Shown in pieces: positions 51,220 to 63,258 of a DNA stretch of 64,000 nt. Origin of the DNA: Camelus ferus (lineage: Eukaryota). The stretch lies in NCBI RefSeq assembly GCF_009834535.1, contig NC_045702.1:80848001-80912000 (forward strand). The letters run 5' to 3'. Numbering within the stretch: position 1 is the first letter of the stretch; the number at the start of each line of letters is the position of its first letter. The notes beneath the pieces are model-generated. The model was not told the origin of the DNA and did not search any database. It was given only the letters and a program-made list of their open reading frames with translations. A program made the translations under genes and the position numbers.

Positions 51220-51747
51220 GAGATCTTCCTCAGCTTATGATGGGGCTGCTTCCTGATAAACTCATCATAAACTGAAAATATAACTAGAAAATGCATTTGA
51301 TATCCCTAACCTACTGAACATCATAGTCTGGCCTACCTTAAACACACCCAGAACACACATTAGCCTACAGCTGGGCAAAATCATTCAACGTAACACCTAT
51401 TTTATTTTTTAAAAGTGGACTATTTCATGTAATTTATTGAATTTTTAAAAGTGGGCTATTTCATGTAATTTATTGAATACTGCACTGAAAGTGAAAAACA
51501 AAATGGTTGTATGGGTACAGAATAGCTGTAAGTGTCTTGATTGTTTACCTTCATGATTGTGTGGCTGACTGGGTGCTGTGGCTTCCTGCCACCACCCAGT
51601 GTCACAAGAGAATATTGTATCACATACTGCTAGCCAGGAAAAAGATCAAAATTCAAAGTACTGTTTCTACCAAATACATGTCCCTTTCACAGCATTGTAA
51701 AATTAAAGAATCGTTAAGTCAAGCCATAATAAGTTGGGAGACGTCTC
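51220..51747. mobile_element. MER47 (Tigger5-family, MER47B-like) DNA element
   Basis: agatcttcctcagcttatgatgggg...cctgataaactcatc at the start, aagttgggagacgtctc at the end; TA on both sides. Confidence 0.8.
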
Positions 51748-53546
51748 TATATTTACGTCTATTTTTATCCATTCTGATATTTTTCTTTCCTTTCTAAAGC
51801 TCAAAATCTTCTGTTACTATTTCTTTTCTGTTAGAAGAATTTTCTTCCGCCATTTTAAAAAGTAGGTTTGCTATTAACAAATTCATTTAGTTTTCCTTCG
51901 ACTGAGAACGTCTTGATTTCCTCTTCATTTCTAAAGGATATTTTTGGCCAGATATAGCATTCATAGTTGACAATTATTTTCTTTCAGTAATTTAAAAAAG
52001 TGCCACTTTCTTCTGTCCTCCATGGTTTCTCACAATAAATCCCGCCATTCGAATTGGTTTTTTTCTTTTAGGTAATGTGCTATTTTTTTCTGATTGCTTT
52101 CAAGATTTTTTTCTTTGTCTTTTGTCTGCAGAAGTTTAATTATGATGTGTCTTGGCTTGAGTTTCTATGTGTTTGTCCTATTTGGAGTCTGTTCAAATTC
52201 TTACAACTATAAATTTGTGTCTTTCACCAAATTTGTAAAGTTTTGTCCATTATTTGTTCAAATACTTTTTCAAAAAATCCCACCCTCTCCCTCTCTTCTT
52301 CTGAGACACCAGTGAATTGTTAACTCTTTTGTTATTGTCTTGATTCTCTTTTCATTTATTTTCAATAAATTTTCTCTCTACTGTTAAATTGGTAAACTTT
52401 GTTGATTTGTTTTCAAGTTCACTGACTATCCTCTATCGTCTGCATCCTCCTGTTGAGTCCATCAGTAAGTTTTTTATTTTGGTTATTGTATCTTTCAGCT
52501 CTACAGTTTCCACTTGGTTCTTTTCAATAATTTCTATTTTTTGCTGAGTGTTATCTTTTTGTATTTGTTTCAAGAGAGTCCATGATTATTTATGAAGCAT
52601 TTTTTATGATGTCTGCTTTACATTCCTTATCAGATAATCCCAACATCTGGCTTATCTTGGCATTGGCACCTGGTAATTGTCTTCCCTCATTCAAGTTATG
52701 ATTTTGCTGTTTGTTGTCATAATAAGTGGTTTTCAGTTGTATCCAGGACATTTGGGGCATTATATTGTGAAATTTTGTATCCTATTCAATCTTCCTTTTT
52801 CTAAGAAGATAGTCCCTCTGAAGGTCAAGTTGGTGTGTATGGTCAGCTTTCCACTGGGTTCCCCAACCCCACTCAATGCACTTCCAATTTCCATGATACA
52901 CTTCTGGCAGAGTAATTAGATTTTCGTCTGCTCTACTGGATGGGAAATAAGAGATTTACTCACCCTTGGTCTTGTTGACATTACAGAGCTGGGAAATCAG
53001 AGAGCCACTGCCTGCCTCTCTGGTTTTGAGGTGGAGGGGAGGTGGGGTAGAAGGTCAGCTCTCAGCTTGGCCACACTAGAACCACCAGGCAGTGGTGGTA
53101 GAGGGTTCCCCCCATGTTGGTGTTTGGCCAGAGTACAGCAGATATTGACAAAAAAATGTGTACGGTTCACTAGGCCACCCTTTTCCTAGTCTTTTGGCTG
53201 GCAGAAATAGGCTTTCCTTGGCATTTATTTTGTCTGTGTCTGTTAGTGGTTTGGGGTTGGTGGCTTCTATAGTGTCCTGTCCAGGATGTATGAAAGGCCA
53301 CAAGGAAACCCAAAAACTCTCTTCATGTTGTTCCTCAAGTCTCTTGGCAGACATCTGCTTGTTTCCACTGCTCAGAATTTTCCTAGGCATTTTGTTTGGT
53401 TATCCTTAAAATATATATCACGTATCTGGATGTTTTCACCTACATGACATTCGTTATATAGAGTACCAACCACCAAATCATTTTATACTGAACAAGAATA
53501 GTCCCTTTCCTCACATAAACTGTCTTATAACTCTTCATGTAATTTT

Positions 53547-53611
53547 TTAAATTAAAGTGTAGTTGGTTTACAATGTTGCATTAGTTTCTACTGTACAGCA
53601 TACTAATTCAG

Positions 53612-53657
<46 letters not shown>

Positions 53658-55276
53658 TCTTTTTTATAGTCTTTTTCATTATAGATTGTTACAAGATATT
53701 TAATGTAATTCCCTGTGCTATACAATAGGACCTTGTTATTTATCTATTTTATATATTAGTGTGTATCTGCTAATCCCAAATGCCTAATTTATCCCTCCCT
53801 CTATTTCCCCTTTGGTAACCGTAAGTTCATTTTCTATGTCTGTGAGTCTCTTTCTGTTTATAAATAAGTTCATTTTATCATTTAAAAAAATTCCACGTAT
53901 AAATTATATCATATGATATTTGTCTTTCTCTGTCTGACTTACTTCACTTTGTATGATAATCTCTAGGTCCATCTATGTTGCTGCAAATGGAATTATTTCA
54001 TTCTTTTTTATGACGGAATAGTATTCCATTGTAGAAATATACCATATCTTATTTATCCAGTCATCTATTGATGGACATTTAGGTTGTTTCCTTGCCTTGG
54101 CTGTTGTAAATAGTGCTGCTGTGAACATTGGGGTGCATGTATCTTTTTGAATTAGTGTTTTNNNNNNNNNNNNNNNNNNNNNNNNNNNNNNNNNNNNNNN
54201 NNNNNNNNNNNNNNNNNNNNNNNNNNNNNNNNNNNNNNNNNNNNNNNNNNNNNNNNNNNNNNNNNNNNNNNNNNNNNNNNNNNNNNNNNNNNNNNNNNNN
54301 NNNNNNACACCCTCTCCAGCATTTACTGTTTGTGGACTTTTTAACGATGGCCATTCTGACTGGTGTGAGGTGATACATTACTGTAGTTTTGATTGGCATT
54401 TCTCTGATAATTAGCAATATTGGGCACACTTTCATGTGCCTGTTGGCCATCTGTTTATCTTCTTTGAAGAAATGTCTATTTTAGGTCTTCTGCCCATTTT
54501 TGGACTGGGTTTTTTTTTTGTTGTTGTTGTTGTTGTTGTTATTGAGTTGCATGAGTTGTTTGTATATTCTGGAGACTAAACCTTGTAAGTTGCATCATTT
54601 GCAAATATTTTATCCCTGTCCATAGGTTATCTTTTTGTTTTATTTGTGGTTTCCTTTGTTATGCAAAAGCTTATAAACTTGATTGGGTCCCATTTGTTTA
54701 TTTTTGCTTTTATTTCCATTGCTTTGATAGACTGACCTAGGAAAACATTGCTAAGACTTATGTTAGAGAATGTTTTTCCTTTGTTCTCCTCTAGGAGATT
54801 TATGGTGTCCTGGCTTATGTTTGAGTCTTTAAGCCACTATGAGTTTATTATCGTGTATGGTGTGAGGGAGTGTTCTAACTTCATTGATTTACATGCAGCT
54901 GTCCAGATTTCCCAATACCACTTCCCAAAGAGAATGTCTTTTCTCCATCATATTCTTGCCTCCTTTGTCAAAGATTAATTGACTGTAGGTTTATTTCTGG
55001 GCTTTCTATTCTGCACCATTGATCCATATGCCTATTTTTGTGCCATTACCACACTGATTTGATTACTGTAGCTTTGTAGTATTGTCTGAAGTTTGGATCA
55101 TGCTTCTTGCTTTGTTCTTTTTCCTAAGAATTGCTTTNNNNNNNNNNNNNNNNNNNNNNNNNNNNNNNNNNNNNNNNNNNNNNNNNNNNNNNNNNNNNNN
55201 NNNNNNNNNNNNNNNNNNNNNNNNNNNNNNNNNNNNNNNNNNNNNNNNNNNNNNNNNNNNNNNNNNNNNNNNNNTT
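53547..55276 (-). mobile_element. Young artiodactyl L1, about 1.7 kb, 5'-truncated, 16-bp TSD
   Basis: ORF2p C-terminal motifs ([35 protein letters not shown]; KAILRKKNKA); TSD ctcttcatgtaatttt (53531-53546) / ctcttcatgcaatttt (55277-55292); gaps at 54162-54306 and 55138-55274. Confidence 0.94.
53613..53655. repeat. (TA)n microsatellite within the L1 3' UTR
   Basis: About 21 TA units. Confidence 0.97.
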
Positions 55277-56761
55277 CTCTTCATGCAATTTTAAGGTACA
55301 AAAACTTTCAGGGATATTTTAATCCAGGGAGGACTCAAACTAATAACCATTATTGTTTAGACTTTTTCTTTCGTAGGATTCAAAATGTCATGAAGAAACT
55401 TTTTAATTAGGGTATTTCTTATTTTCATATTTTTTTAAACGATACAGATGGCAAATTATCCCTGTATCACTGCTCATCAAGAACTTTCTTACTCATGATA
55501 ATCTACAAGTCATTATCTGGGACCAGGTCTTCTGGTTTTATGGACCTCGTGAACTTAGAGATCTAAGAACAGTCACATTTAAAATTTGGTTCTCATTAAT
55601 TTGAAATATATGACCATTTAAATGTTTAGATGATCATTTTGAGGTTTATCTTTGTGCTATCTGGTTAAAAAAAAAATCCCTGAACAAATTATTGGCTTAA
55701 CTATGATTACACAGGAAATGTTTCAACTACTCCTAAAAATAAGCACACTGAAACACAGAATAAGTCCCATTTGTGGGCAAATAACTGATTTACTAATTAT
55801 AATCCACTTGTGTATATTATTAAGTAAGTTTGCTATGGATTCACAAGACATCTCTGGCCTAGTTTCATTTATTTGTAAGAAATGACATGTTCCATATTTT
55901 TCATTTACTTAAGCTGCATCGCTACTCAGGCAAAATTAATGAAGTTCCAATGTGGAAAGAATGTCTCTCCACTTAGCGTGGACCGAGGGTACCGTAACGC
56001 ATTTCATAGACAATAGCCAGCTGTACCCTTAGCGGAGGAAGAGAACCAAGTTGGTGTCCTTGGAAACTGTACAAAGAGCTCCAGGAGGGGGAAGAATATT
56101 CCTTGTGCATGTAGTTAATACATGAAAAAGTGAATGACCATCTTCAAATTTACAATAAATCTGTGCAGATTAAGACAGCACTTCAGACATTCAATAGTTC
56201 TCAACCCTTTTTACCGCCTGTGTTAAATATTTTAAATAATTCAAAAGATACTAGGAAAGAATCACCACAGAATTAATGTGCAAGAGAGTCAGCAGGGGAT
56301 TTTATAAGCAGGAATCTACAAAGCTAATAAGGAGAATGTGGGAAAGAGAAGAAACAATAAATAGGAAAGTGTCTCTATACCACAACAGACGTATATTATT
56401 GTTATGCAAAATTCACAATACCCACTAGCAGAAAGAAACATGGGAAACAAAATTAAATTAATGTACAACTGTGAAAAGTATAGGCTCATTAAATAAAAAC
56501 CAAGACATATTTTCCAAACAGAGAAAGTCATGAAAAATCCAAAAGAACTTAATGTCCTTCTAAGAAGTAATAATAAGCATTTAAAAAAAAAAATCTGACA
56601 ATGTTTTCTGAGCTATTTTGCACTGTTCCTAGAGTCCTACATATTATTGATAAAAATTACCTTCTAAACAAATTAAGGTAAAATGTGATATAATTGTACC
56701 ATCATCTGGGTGGTAAACCCTTCCTTCCTTTGTGTGAATAGTAAAATTACTTTTTCCTGTC

Positions 56762-56932
56762 TTATTTTATTTCTTTATTTTATTTTATTATTTTGGGCTA
56801 AGGGGGTAATAATGAGTTTTATTTATTTATTTTTATTTCTATTTAATTTTTTTAAAATGGGGGTACTAGGGATTGAACCCAGGACCTCGTACGTGCTGAG
56901 TACGCACTTGACCACTGAGCTATCCCCTCCCC
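56762..56932 (-). mobile_element. Vic-1 SINE
   Basis: gggtactagggattgaacccaggacctcgtacgtgctgagtacgcacttgaccactgagctatcccctcccc preceded by T-rich tail. Confidence 0.9.
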
Positions 56933-57419
56933 TCACTGCTTCGTTTTCTGAGAATGATAGGGATCCTTTTTCTTCATTCATGTAACAAATATGTATGGAG
57001 CTTCCCCATTTACTGGCTTCTAAACACACAGCGCAAAGGAAACAGATACAGTTCCTGCCCTCGTGGAGCTTAAAAATTCTCCTGAACACCCTTTTTTCAC
57101 CCAGTCTGTAATTTCTATAATCAGAGATGCCACACAGCTGCCGGGACACCTCTCCTTCAGAGCACTGCAGGTGTCCATGCTCATGGGGAGCATAGGTGCA
57201 CGTTGCATTTCTGTGCAGTGAGAACAGACTCACTGCGTTGACTGCTTTTCTGTTTACACGTGAGTATTTTGGTTCATAGTCAATAACAGCGCTTCACCTT
57301 GTTTTGGGGGTCTGTTTGCCAAGATTTATTTTGCTGGAATCTTGAGGTCTGAGGGTATGAACATTTTGAGTTTCACTGTTTTAGAAACGTGCGAACTGAA
57401 CGCAAGACTCAGTTGGGCT

Positions 57420-58900
57420 AAATTATTCATTCACTTATTCATTCATTCATACTCAGCAAATATTTGTTGAGGAAAACGGATATGCAGCTCCCTGCCATTA
57501 GAGAGCATCTATTCTATCAGAGGCGGACTAAGAATGGTAGACATATTTGAAAAGTACTATGGAAAAAGAAAAAGCAGAGCAAAGGGAATTAGAAGTGGCA
57601 GGGTCAGAGTGGCCAGTTGAAATGTTAAATGTGGTGGTTGGTTATGGTAGCCCTCACTGAGCGAAGACTTGAAGGATTTATGGACAAAACGATCTATGTA
57701 GATATCAGAAGGAAAATTGTTCCAAGCAGAGGGGAGACGGAAGAGGGAAGAGGGAAGAGCTGGAGCAAAGTCCCTGAGGATGAGCATGCCTGGTGAAGCA
57801 GGAACAAGAAAGCCAGTGCAGTGAGGCAGGCTGAGTGAGGCGAGGAGGGCGGAAGGGGAGAACACAGGGCGGCCGCTTATCGAGGAGGTTGGTGGATCAG
57901 GTGGAATCTCAGAGCCTGTTGTCAACAGTCCAACAGGGAAAGCTCTGCAGAATTTAGAGCAGAGGAGAGACTTGATCTGACTTCCATTACTAAAGAGTGA
58001 CTCCAGCTGCCTTGTTGAGAATACACTGCAGGGAAGCATGCAGGCAGGGGGGCCTGGTAGGGAGACAGAAATCCAGGCAAGACAGGATGGTGGCTTGGAC
58101 CAGGCTGGTTGTAAAAAGGGGTTGGATTCCATAGGTAGAACCAAAAGGATTTGCCAGTGGGTTGGATATGGGGGCACTGAGAGAAAGAGAAGAGTCAAGA
58201 TGTCTCCATTTAGAAATTTGGGGCAAAATACATTAACTTGCAAGCTTTAACATCCCTTTCCTTCTGTATTTCATGTATTTCTTGTGGCCTCACTTCCTAA
58301 TCTAGGAATATATTCGTTTTTGATCTCATACTTCCAGCAGTTGAACACTCACCATGTAGCAGGTACAGTGGGGGATGGAAGATGAGCAAAACATTGATTC
58401 TGGCCTCAAAAAAGATCACAAGAGGCAATACTATGAGAAATGGGGATACACCATAAGGGAGAAGCAGAGTAAATGTTATAGGGGGTCAGAGAAGAGAGGT
58501 GTTCCTCTGCACTGTGAGGAAGAATGGCTCAACATTGAGTCAGCCTGAACAGAACTTTCAGAGTAAGGCAGGCTTGAGGATGCCTAACCTGAGATGCACA
58601 GGTGGGCACAGGGACCCACACAGCATCGGGTCCAGGGCAGAACGAGGGCAGTTTGCCTGGAGGGAGCCGCTGGAGAAAACCACTGGACAAGTGGTCCTCC
58701 TCTTTCCGAGGCCAGGGAGGTAGCGGGAAAGACCAGAAGGGTGGGGAGGTGTGAGAGGCATCTCAGAGACAGGACCACTGGCATAGCAGAGGCAAGGCTG
58801 AGGATCAGGACGCTGTTACTGAAAGGCTGCTGATGCCAAAGCGGACAGAGGGGCATAGAGGGAAAGGACCTTCTCCTAAAATCTCTCCATCTGGACCGAA
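57420..58900 (-). mobile_element. L2 LINE fragments
   Basis: ttcattcattcatactcagcaaatatttgttgag (reverse-complement L2 end) plus purine-rich L2 body; accounts for the 228-aa ORF. Confidence 0.7.
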
Positions 58901-59736
58901 GGAGAAAGTGAAAGAAGAAAACAAAGGTCCTATTCTTGAGGCAAAGAATGAACACGTCTCTGTCTTCCCAGCAGCAAATTTCAGGACCTCATTTTCTTGA
59001 TCCTCTACCTGCTGGGGCTGTGATTGTGACTGATGGGATCTCAGACTCTTGGAAAAGAAAAGAAGATGGAAAATACAAGACTGATTCCTTTAAGATAAAA
59101 GATTAAGATGCACAGGCAAGTGTATTCAATTACAAAAGACCTTCAAAGGTTTACAGAAGAACTTTTCAAAGCTCATTTGAGGTAAGAGCCACAAATAACC
59201 ACCTGCTCCGGCTCCGTTCAGTTCCTCCTCTCAAAATTGAGCTGAAAATGCAATCTAGCTTCTCAGCCTGGAAACTTCTTCCGGTATTTTCCTTAATGGA
59301 GCACAGAGGCAGAGGAGGTGAGGAGACGGTCACTGCTTTGAAGGTCTATGAAGCTTAAAATGTTCTGGCTACAGACCTCAGCTGAACCAATTTTGTTTTC
59401 CATGGAGAAGTCGAACCAAACAAACTCTTGGGAAGGTGCCCAAAGAGCTTGTATTAAGTATTAGAATTTTAGAAGGCCGAGAAACTGGAGAATTGATTAT
59501 TTTGGCAAAGAGCATATTGTCAGCAAGGTGTTTCTTCACCCTTCCTAGCATTTTCCGAAGTGTTGAAAATAATTAGAAGCAAACATAAATGTTGGAAAGA
59601 AGCGTTCAGGGGAGAGCTTTTTCCAGGCCGACATTTTTCAGAGACCTCAGCTGAAAGTTTGGGTAGCCTACTTTGAGGGGAAGATGGCATGTTTGCTAAT
59701 GAATATGGATAGCATTTCCTTACGGGCCATATATTT

Positions 59737-59900
59737 NNNNNNNNNNNNNNNNNNNNNNNNNNNNNNNNNNNNNNNNNNNNNNNNNNNNNNNNNNNNNNNN
59801 NNNNNNNNNNNNNNNNNNNNNNNNNNNNNNNNNNNNNNNNNNNNNNNNNNNNNNNNNNNNNNNNNNNNNNNNNNNNNNNNNNNNNNNNNNNNNNNNNNNN
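59737..59900. other. Assembly gap or masked run (164 N)
   Basis: N run seen directly. Confidence 0.98.
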
Positions 59901-60394
59901 AACACCATCTGCCAAAGAATGGTATTTATTCAGCCACTGATATGAGAACAGATTTTCTTCCACATTATGCAGAGAGGAAATATATCCTAGTGTTAACGAG
60001 CATGCACTTTGTATTTAGCCAACCTACATTCTAACAAAATTCTTCAGTTGACTGGCTGTGTAGTTTCGATAACGTTACTTAACCCCACTTCCCTTGTTGA
60101 TCAAATGACATAATAATCATCCTTCTTTTTAAAGCCATTTAGCCTATAAAACAAGGTAATAGATGAAAAACATTCAACCAAATGCCTAACACATGCAAGT
60201 ACTCAATAAATGATAGCTGTTGTCATCATTCCACTGGTCAAAATGGGCTACACACAAAATGAGAGTTTCAAAGTATATGGAACATCCGAACTGAATGCTT
60301 TTTAAAGGAGTGCTGAGGGCCTAGACTGACGAGCCCCTCCTCTGATCCAGACACAGAAGTCCCTCCATGAAAATCGAGGCATATAACTAGCTTC

Positions 60395-60744
60395 CATGGA
60401 CGAGGGTATGTTGCAGTAACAACCCCCAAATAGCACTGGCTTAAAACAACAGATAGATGACTTGCTTGCACTCCATGTCCATCATGGTTTGAAAGGGCCC
60501 CGGGCTGGTCTGGTGGAGTAGCCACCATCTCAGACGCTGCCAAGTTGCTATACCAGAGGGACCTAGAGGCTCTTACATCAGCAACTGAGTGTTCTGGCCG
60601 GGAACATCCACATCCCATCCATTCACGATTTGTTGGCCAGTCACATGGCCTCACCCAACTTCACAGGGGGCAGGACATGGAATGCTATCATATGCTCCTG
60701 GATGGTGGACACTGGAAGTTTGATGAACACTGATGACTACCACA
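60395..60744 (-). mobile_element. MaLR solo LTR (MLT1K/L-like)
   Basis: tgttgcagtaacaacccccaaat...ggcttaaaacaac...ggccagtcacatggcctcacccaac...tgatgactaccaca. Confidence 0.8.
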
Positions 60745-62389
60745 GGGCCGTAGACATAGTTGAAAAATATTCTCGTGCCTTGTAGGTAGTGGGACTTGAG
60801 GCACTCTTTATCAAGCCAGAAAATGATGAATTAAAATTTGTTATGGCAGCAGTGATAAACGGCGTCTCGGAACTCTGGGTGAGACTTGGGTACTCGTCCA
60901 CGCTGGTGGAACGTACCATGTGCCGCCTTGAGTTTCTGGGATGCTCAGCCACATAGGCATTGCCATAGGTTGAGTTCTGCTCTTAAAGATGTCCAGAGCC
61001 ACTTTTCTTCTCGATAGCCTTTTCCCACCATTCCGTGCTAGTTTCAGTGGCTTTATCTCTTTTTATCTTGCATCTAATGGGTTGAATGTGTTCTAACTGT
61101 ATGCTTTCATTTGGTGCCTTGGATGCTATGGCTGAGAGGCACCATATAAAAAAAGATTGTTATTGTTATGATGAGTTCAAGCACTGGAAGGGAGATTGGG
61201 AGATAACTTGGTCCTGGAGCTATCATCATTTTCAACGAAGTGCAGTTTGCTTCTTGTTACACTAGTAAGCCTTGAAGATTAAATGGTGTCTACAGTATAT
61301 CTTAGCAATGGGCTAGTCAAAATAAAAACATTTGATATAGCATTCCATATATTATAAAACAGATGATTGCTTTTAAGTATCCTTGATATTTTTTTAAAAA
61401 GGTGACACCCATATCTGACATTAAAAAAAAAATAAACGAAAAGACCCACAGACTTCGTTTTAATTTTATTCATTCTTTCTTCCACTATGATCGGGCCAGC
61501 CGGCTACATTAATTAATTTAACCTCAGTGTTGGTCATCTGCCAGTTTGCTGTGAGGCTGAGCAATAAGCTGTTTCAACGCTGTAGAAACACATCACCAAG
61601 AGGAGAGGTGCACACAGTTCTGGAAAAAAAGGACTGTTCGGATCCCTTCCCTCGTGATGATGTGATATTATGTTCCCATCACTTGAATATTCATTATGGT
61701 TTCCCACATGTTTTTGGCTACCTCTGTTTCCTGCAACTGTTTACATTATTAAGTTGGTCTGGATTGTGGAAACGTAGCTCAGACCCTGTGTATCGTTAGA
61801 GGAGTTTGGGACGTTTGCGTAGATTGGGCAGATTCCCTTTTCAGCCTGAGAGGATCACGGAAGGTTTCTAAATGGCGATGAGACAAAATAGTCAGGGTCT
61901 TGTTACTGACGGACCTCAAACCACAGATGGAAAACACTATAGGGCTAGTCTGAGGAATTGTCTGGCACACCAGCAACTGGGCCCTCCCTGCGCCTTGATC
62001 CAGAGAACTTTCCACAGTGAAGGCTTCTGTCCTTTCAGGGTGGGTAGAGAGGAGGGCTTCAGGAAAGCATCGCCTGGCTCAGAAACCTGAGAAATCAGAA
62101 TATATCGATGGTGCGGTGTTTCCAGGACTTCCTACAAAGAAACAGGTGGCATATGACAAATGAATTTGAAAAGATGAGGTAGTAATGAGTAAGAAATCTG
62201 GTAGAATTGTGCTCTAGAAAGGCAGGGAGAACAGACTGTCAGAAGATAAAATCTGAAGCTGTCCTTGGCATGTTCTCCTCCAAGACCCCTGAGTTTATTT
62301 TCAAACTTAGAGAATTCTCTCTTCTTTTGCTCTTTCCCTTTGCCTGGGAAGCAGCATGGCCCATTGGCCAAGATTTGGGAGTTGGAGCA

Positions 62390-62600
62390 AGATTCTCTGT
62401 GTTTGGATCCTGGCTCTGCACCTTTTAGCTTTGTGACCCTGAGCAAGGGACTTCCCTGCTGTGTCTCACAGTTTTCCCTGTTTGTAGAGATGGCAGGAGG
62501 ACCTTCTGACCTTATCCAAAGGCTGAATGAATTAAATATGTAAAGCACATTTCATACAAATATGTAAAGCGGCACATAGAAGGTGCTGTTAAGTAAAATA
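62390..62600 (+). mobile_element. MIR SINE
   Basis: tgtgtttggatcctggctctgcacctttagctttgtgaccctgagcaag...aaatatgtaaagc. Confidence 0.75.
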
Positions 62601-63084
62601 CAGCTTGTGTTTCTAAAGTTCCTTTTAACATAACTTGTTAAATTTCAAGACAGTCTCAAATTAATTTCCGATGTATGTTATGATGCTGTTAGAGACAAGA
62701 TGTCCGTACTTCTCAGGTGACCTGAGTAATCCTCTGACCACCCTTAACCTCCCTTTTGTTATCTGCAGGAAGACGAAGACATACCTATTGCAAGGGGTGG
62801 CCGTGAGGAATAAATGAAATATACTTTTGAAAAGTGCTTGTCACATAACATGTACTTAAGGAAAGTCTCCTTCCTCCGTTTTCCTTTAAATAATCATATC
62901 CTTGACTGCCAAAGATTTTTAAAACTTAAAACTTCCATCCCCAACTTGCTGCTGCAAATGTCCAGTGCAACTAACTTGTTAATGTTCTGGGAAGTCTAGG
63001 TCCGAAATTAGCAGGTGACCAGGCTCCACTTAAGGAATCTGAGTGGCTAAGGTATGCACCGCTGCCGAGAAGGGAAGATAACAG

Positions 63085-63258
63085 CAGCTGGCGGGTATTC
63101 AGTGCTTACTGTGTGTCCGGTACTGTGCTAAGAATTTTTTAGAATCCTCACAACTTTATATGGTCGGTACCATTATCATCCCCATTTTACAGAGAAAAAT
63201 ACTGAGGCACAGGTGATAAATTACCCTGAACCCACGCTCTTAACCACCCTGCTATGTC
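63085..63258 (-). mobile_element. MIR SINE (a plus-strand MIR follows at about 63300-63490)
   Basis: atcctcacaac...attatcatccccattttacagag...actgaggcacag...ctcttaaccac. Confidence 0.75.

Larger units (their letters stand above)
49870..53420 (-). mobile_element. Old eutherian L1M (L1MC/L1MD-like): 3' UTR, ORF2 ends, ORF1 and 5' region
   Basis: 3' UTR/ORF2 end 49870-50590; ORF2 start and ORF1 in antisense 50761-52700 (ttcaagattttttctttgtc...attatgatgtgtcttgg); interrupted by Vic-1 and MER47. Confidence 0.8.

Noticed and set aside
48859-55410. ORFs containing X runs and L1 ORF2p motifs
   Set aside because: Fragments of truncated, disrupted L1s extended artificially through N runs
57557-58243. 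Longest ORF (228 aa, minus strand)
   Set aside because: Lies within an L2 remnant; Leu/Ser/Pro-rich low-complexity translation; no recognisable protein
11084-58543. Scattered AP-1 heptamers (about 10)
   Set aside because: Count is close to chance for a 7-mer on two strands of 64 kb; mentioned only where clustered with other motifs
62735-62815. Strong acceptor followed by EDEDIPIARGGREE-stop
   Set aside because: The whole segment aligns to a MIR core
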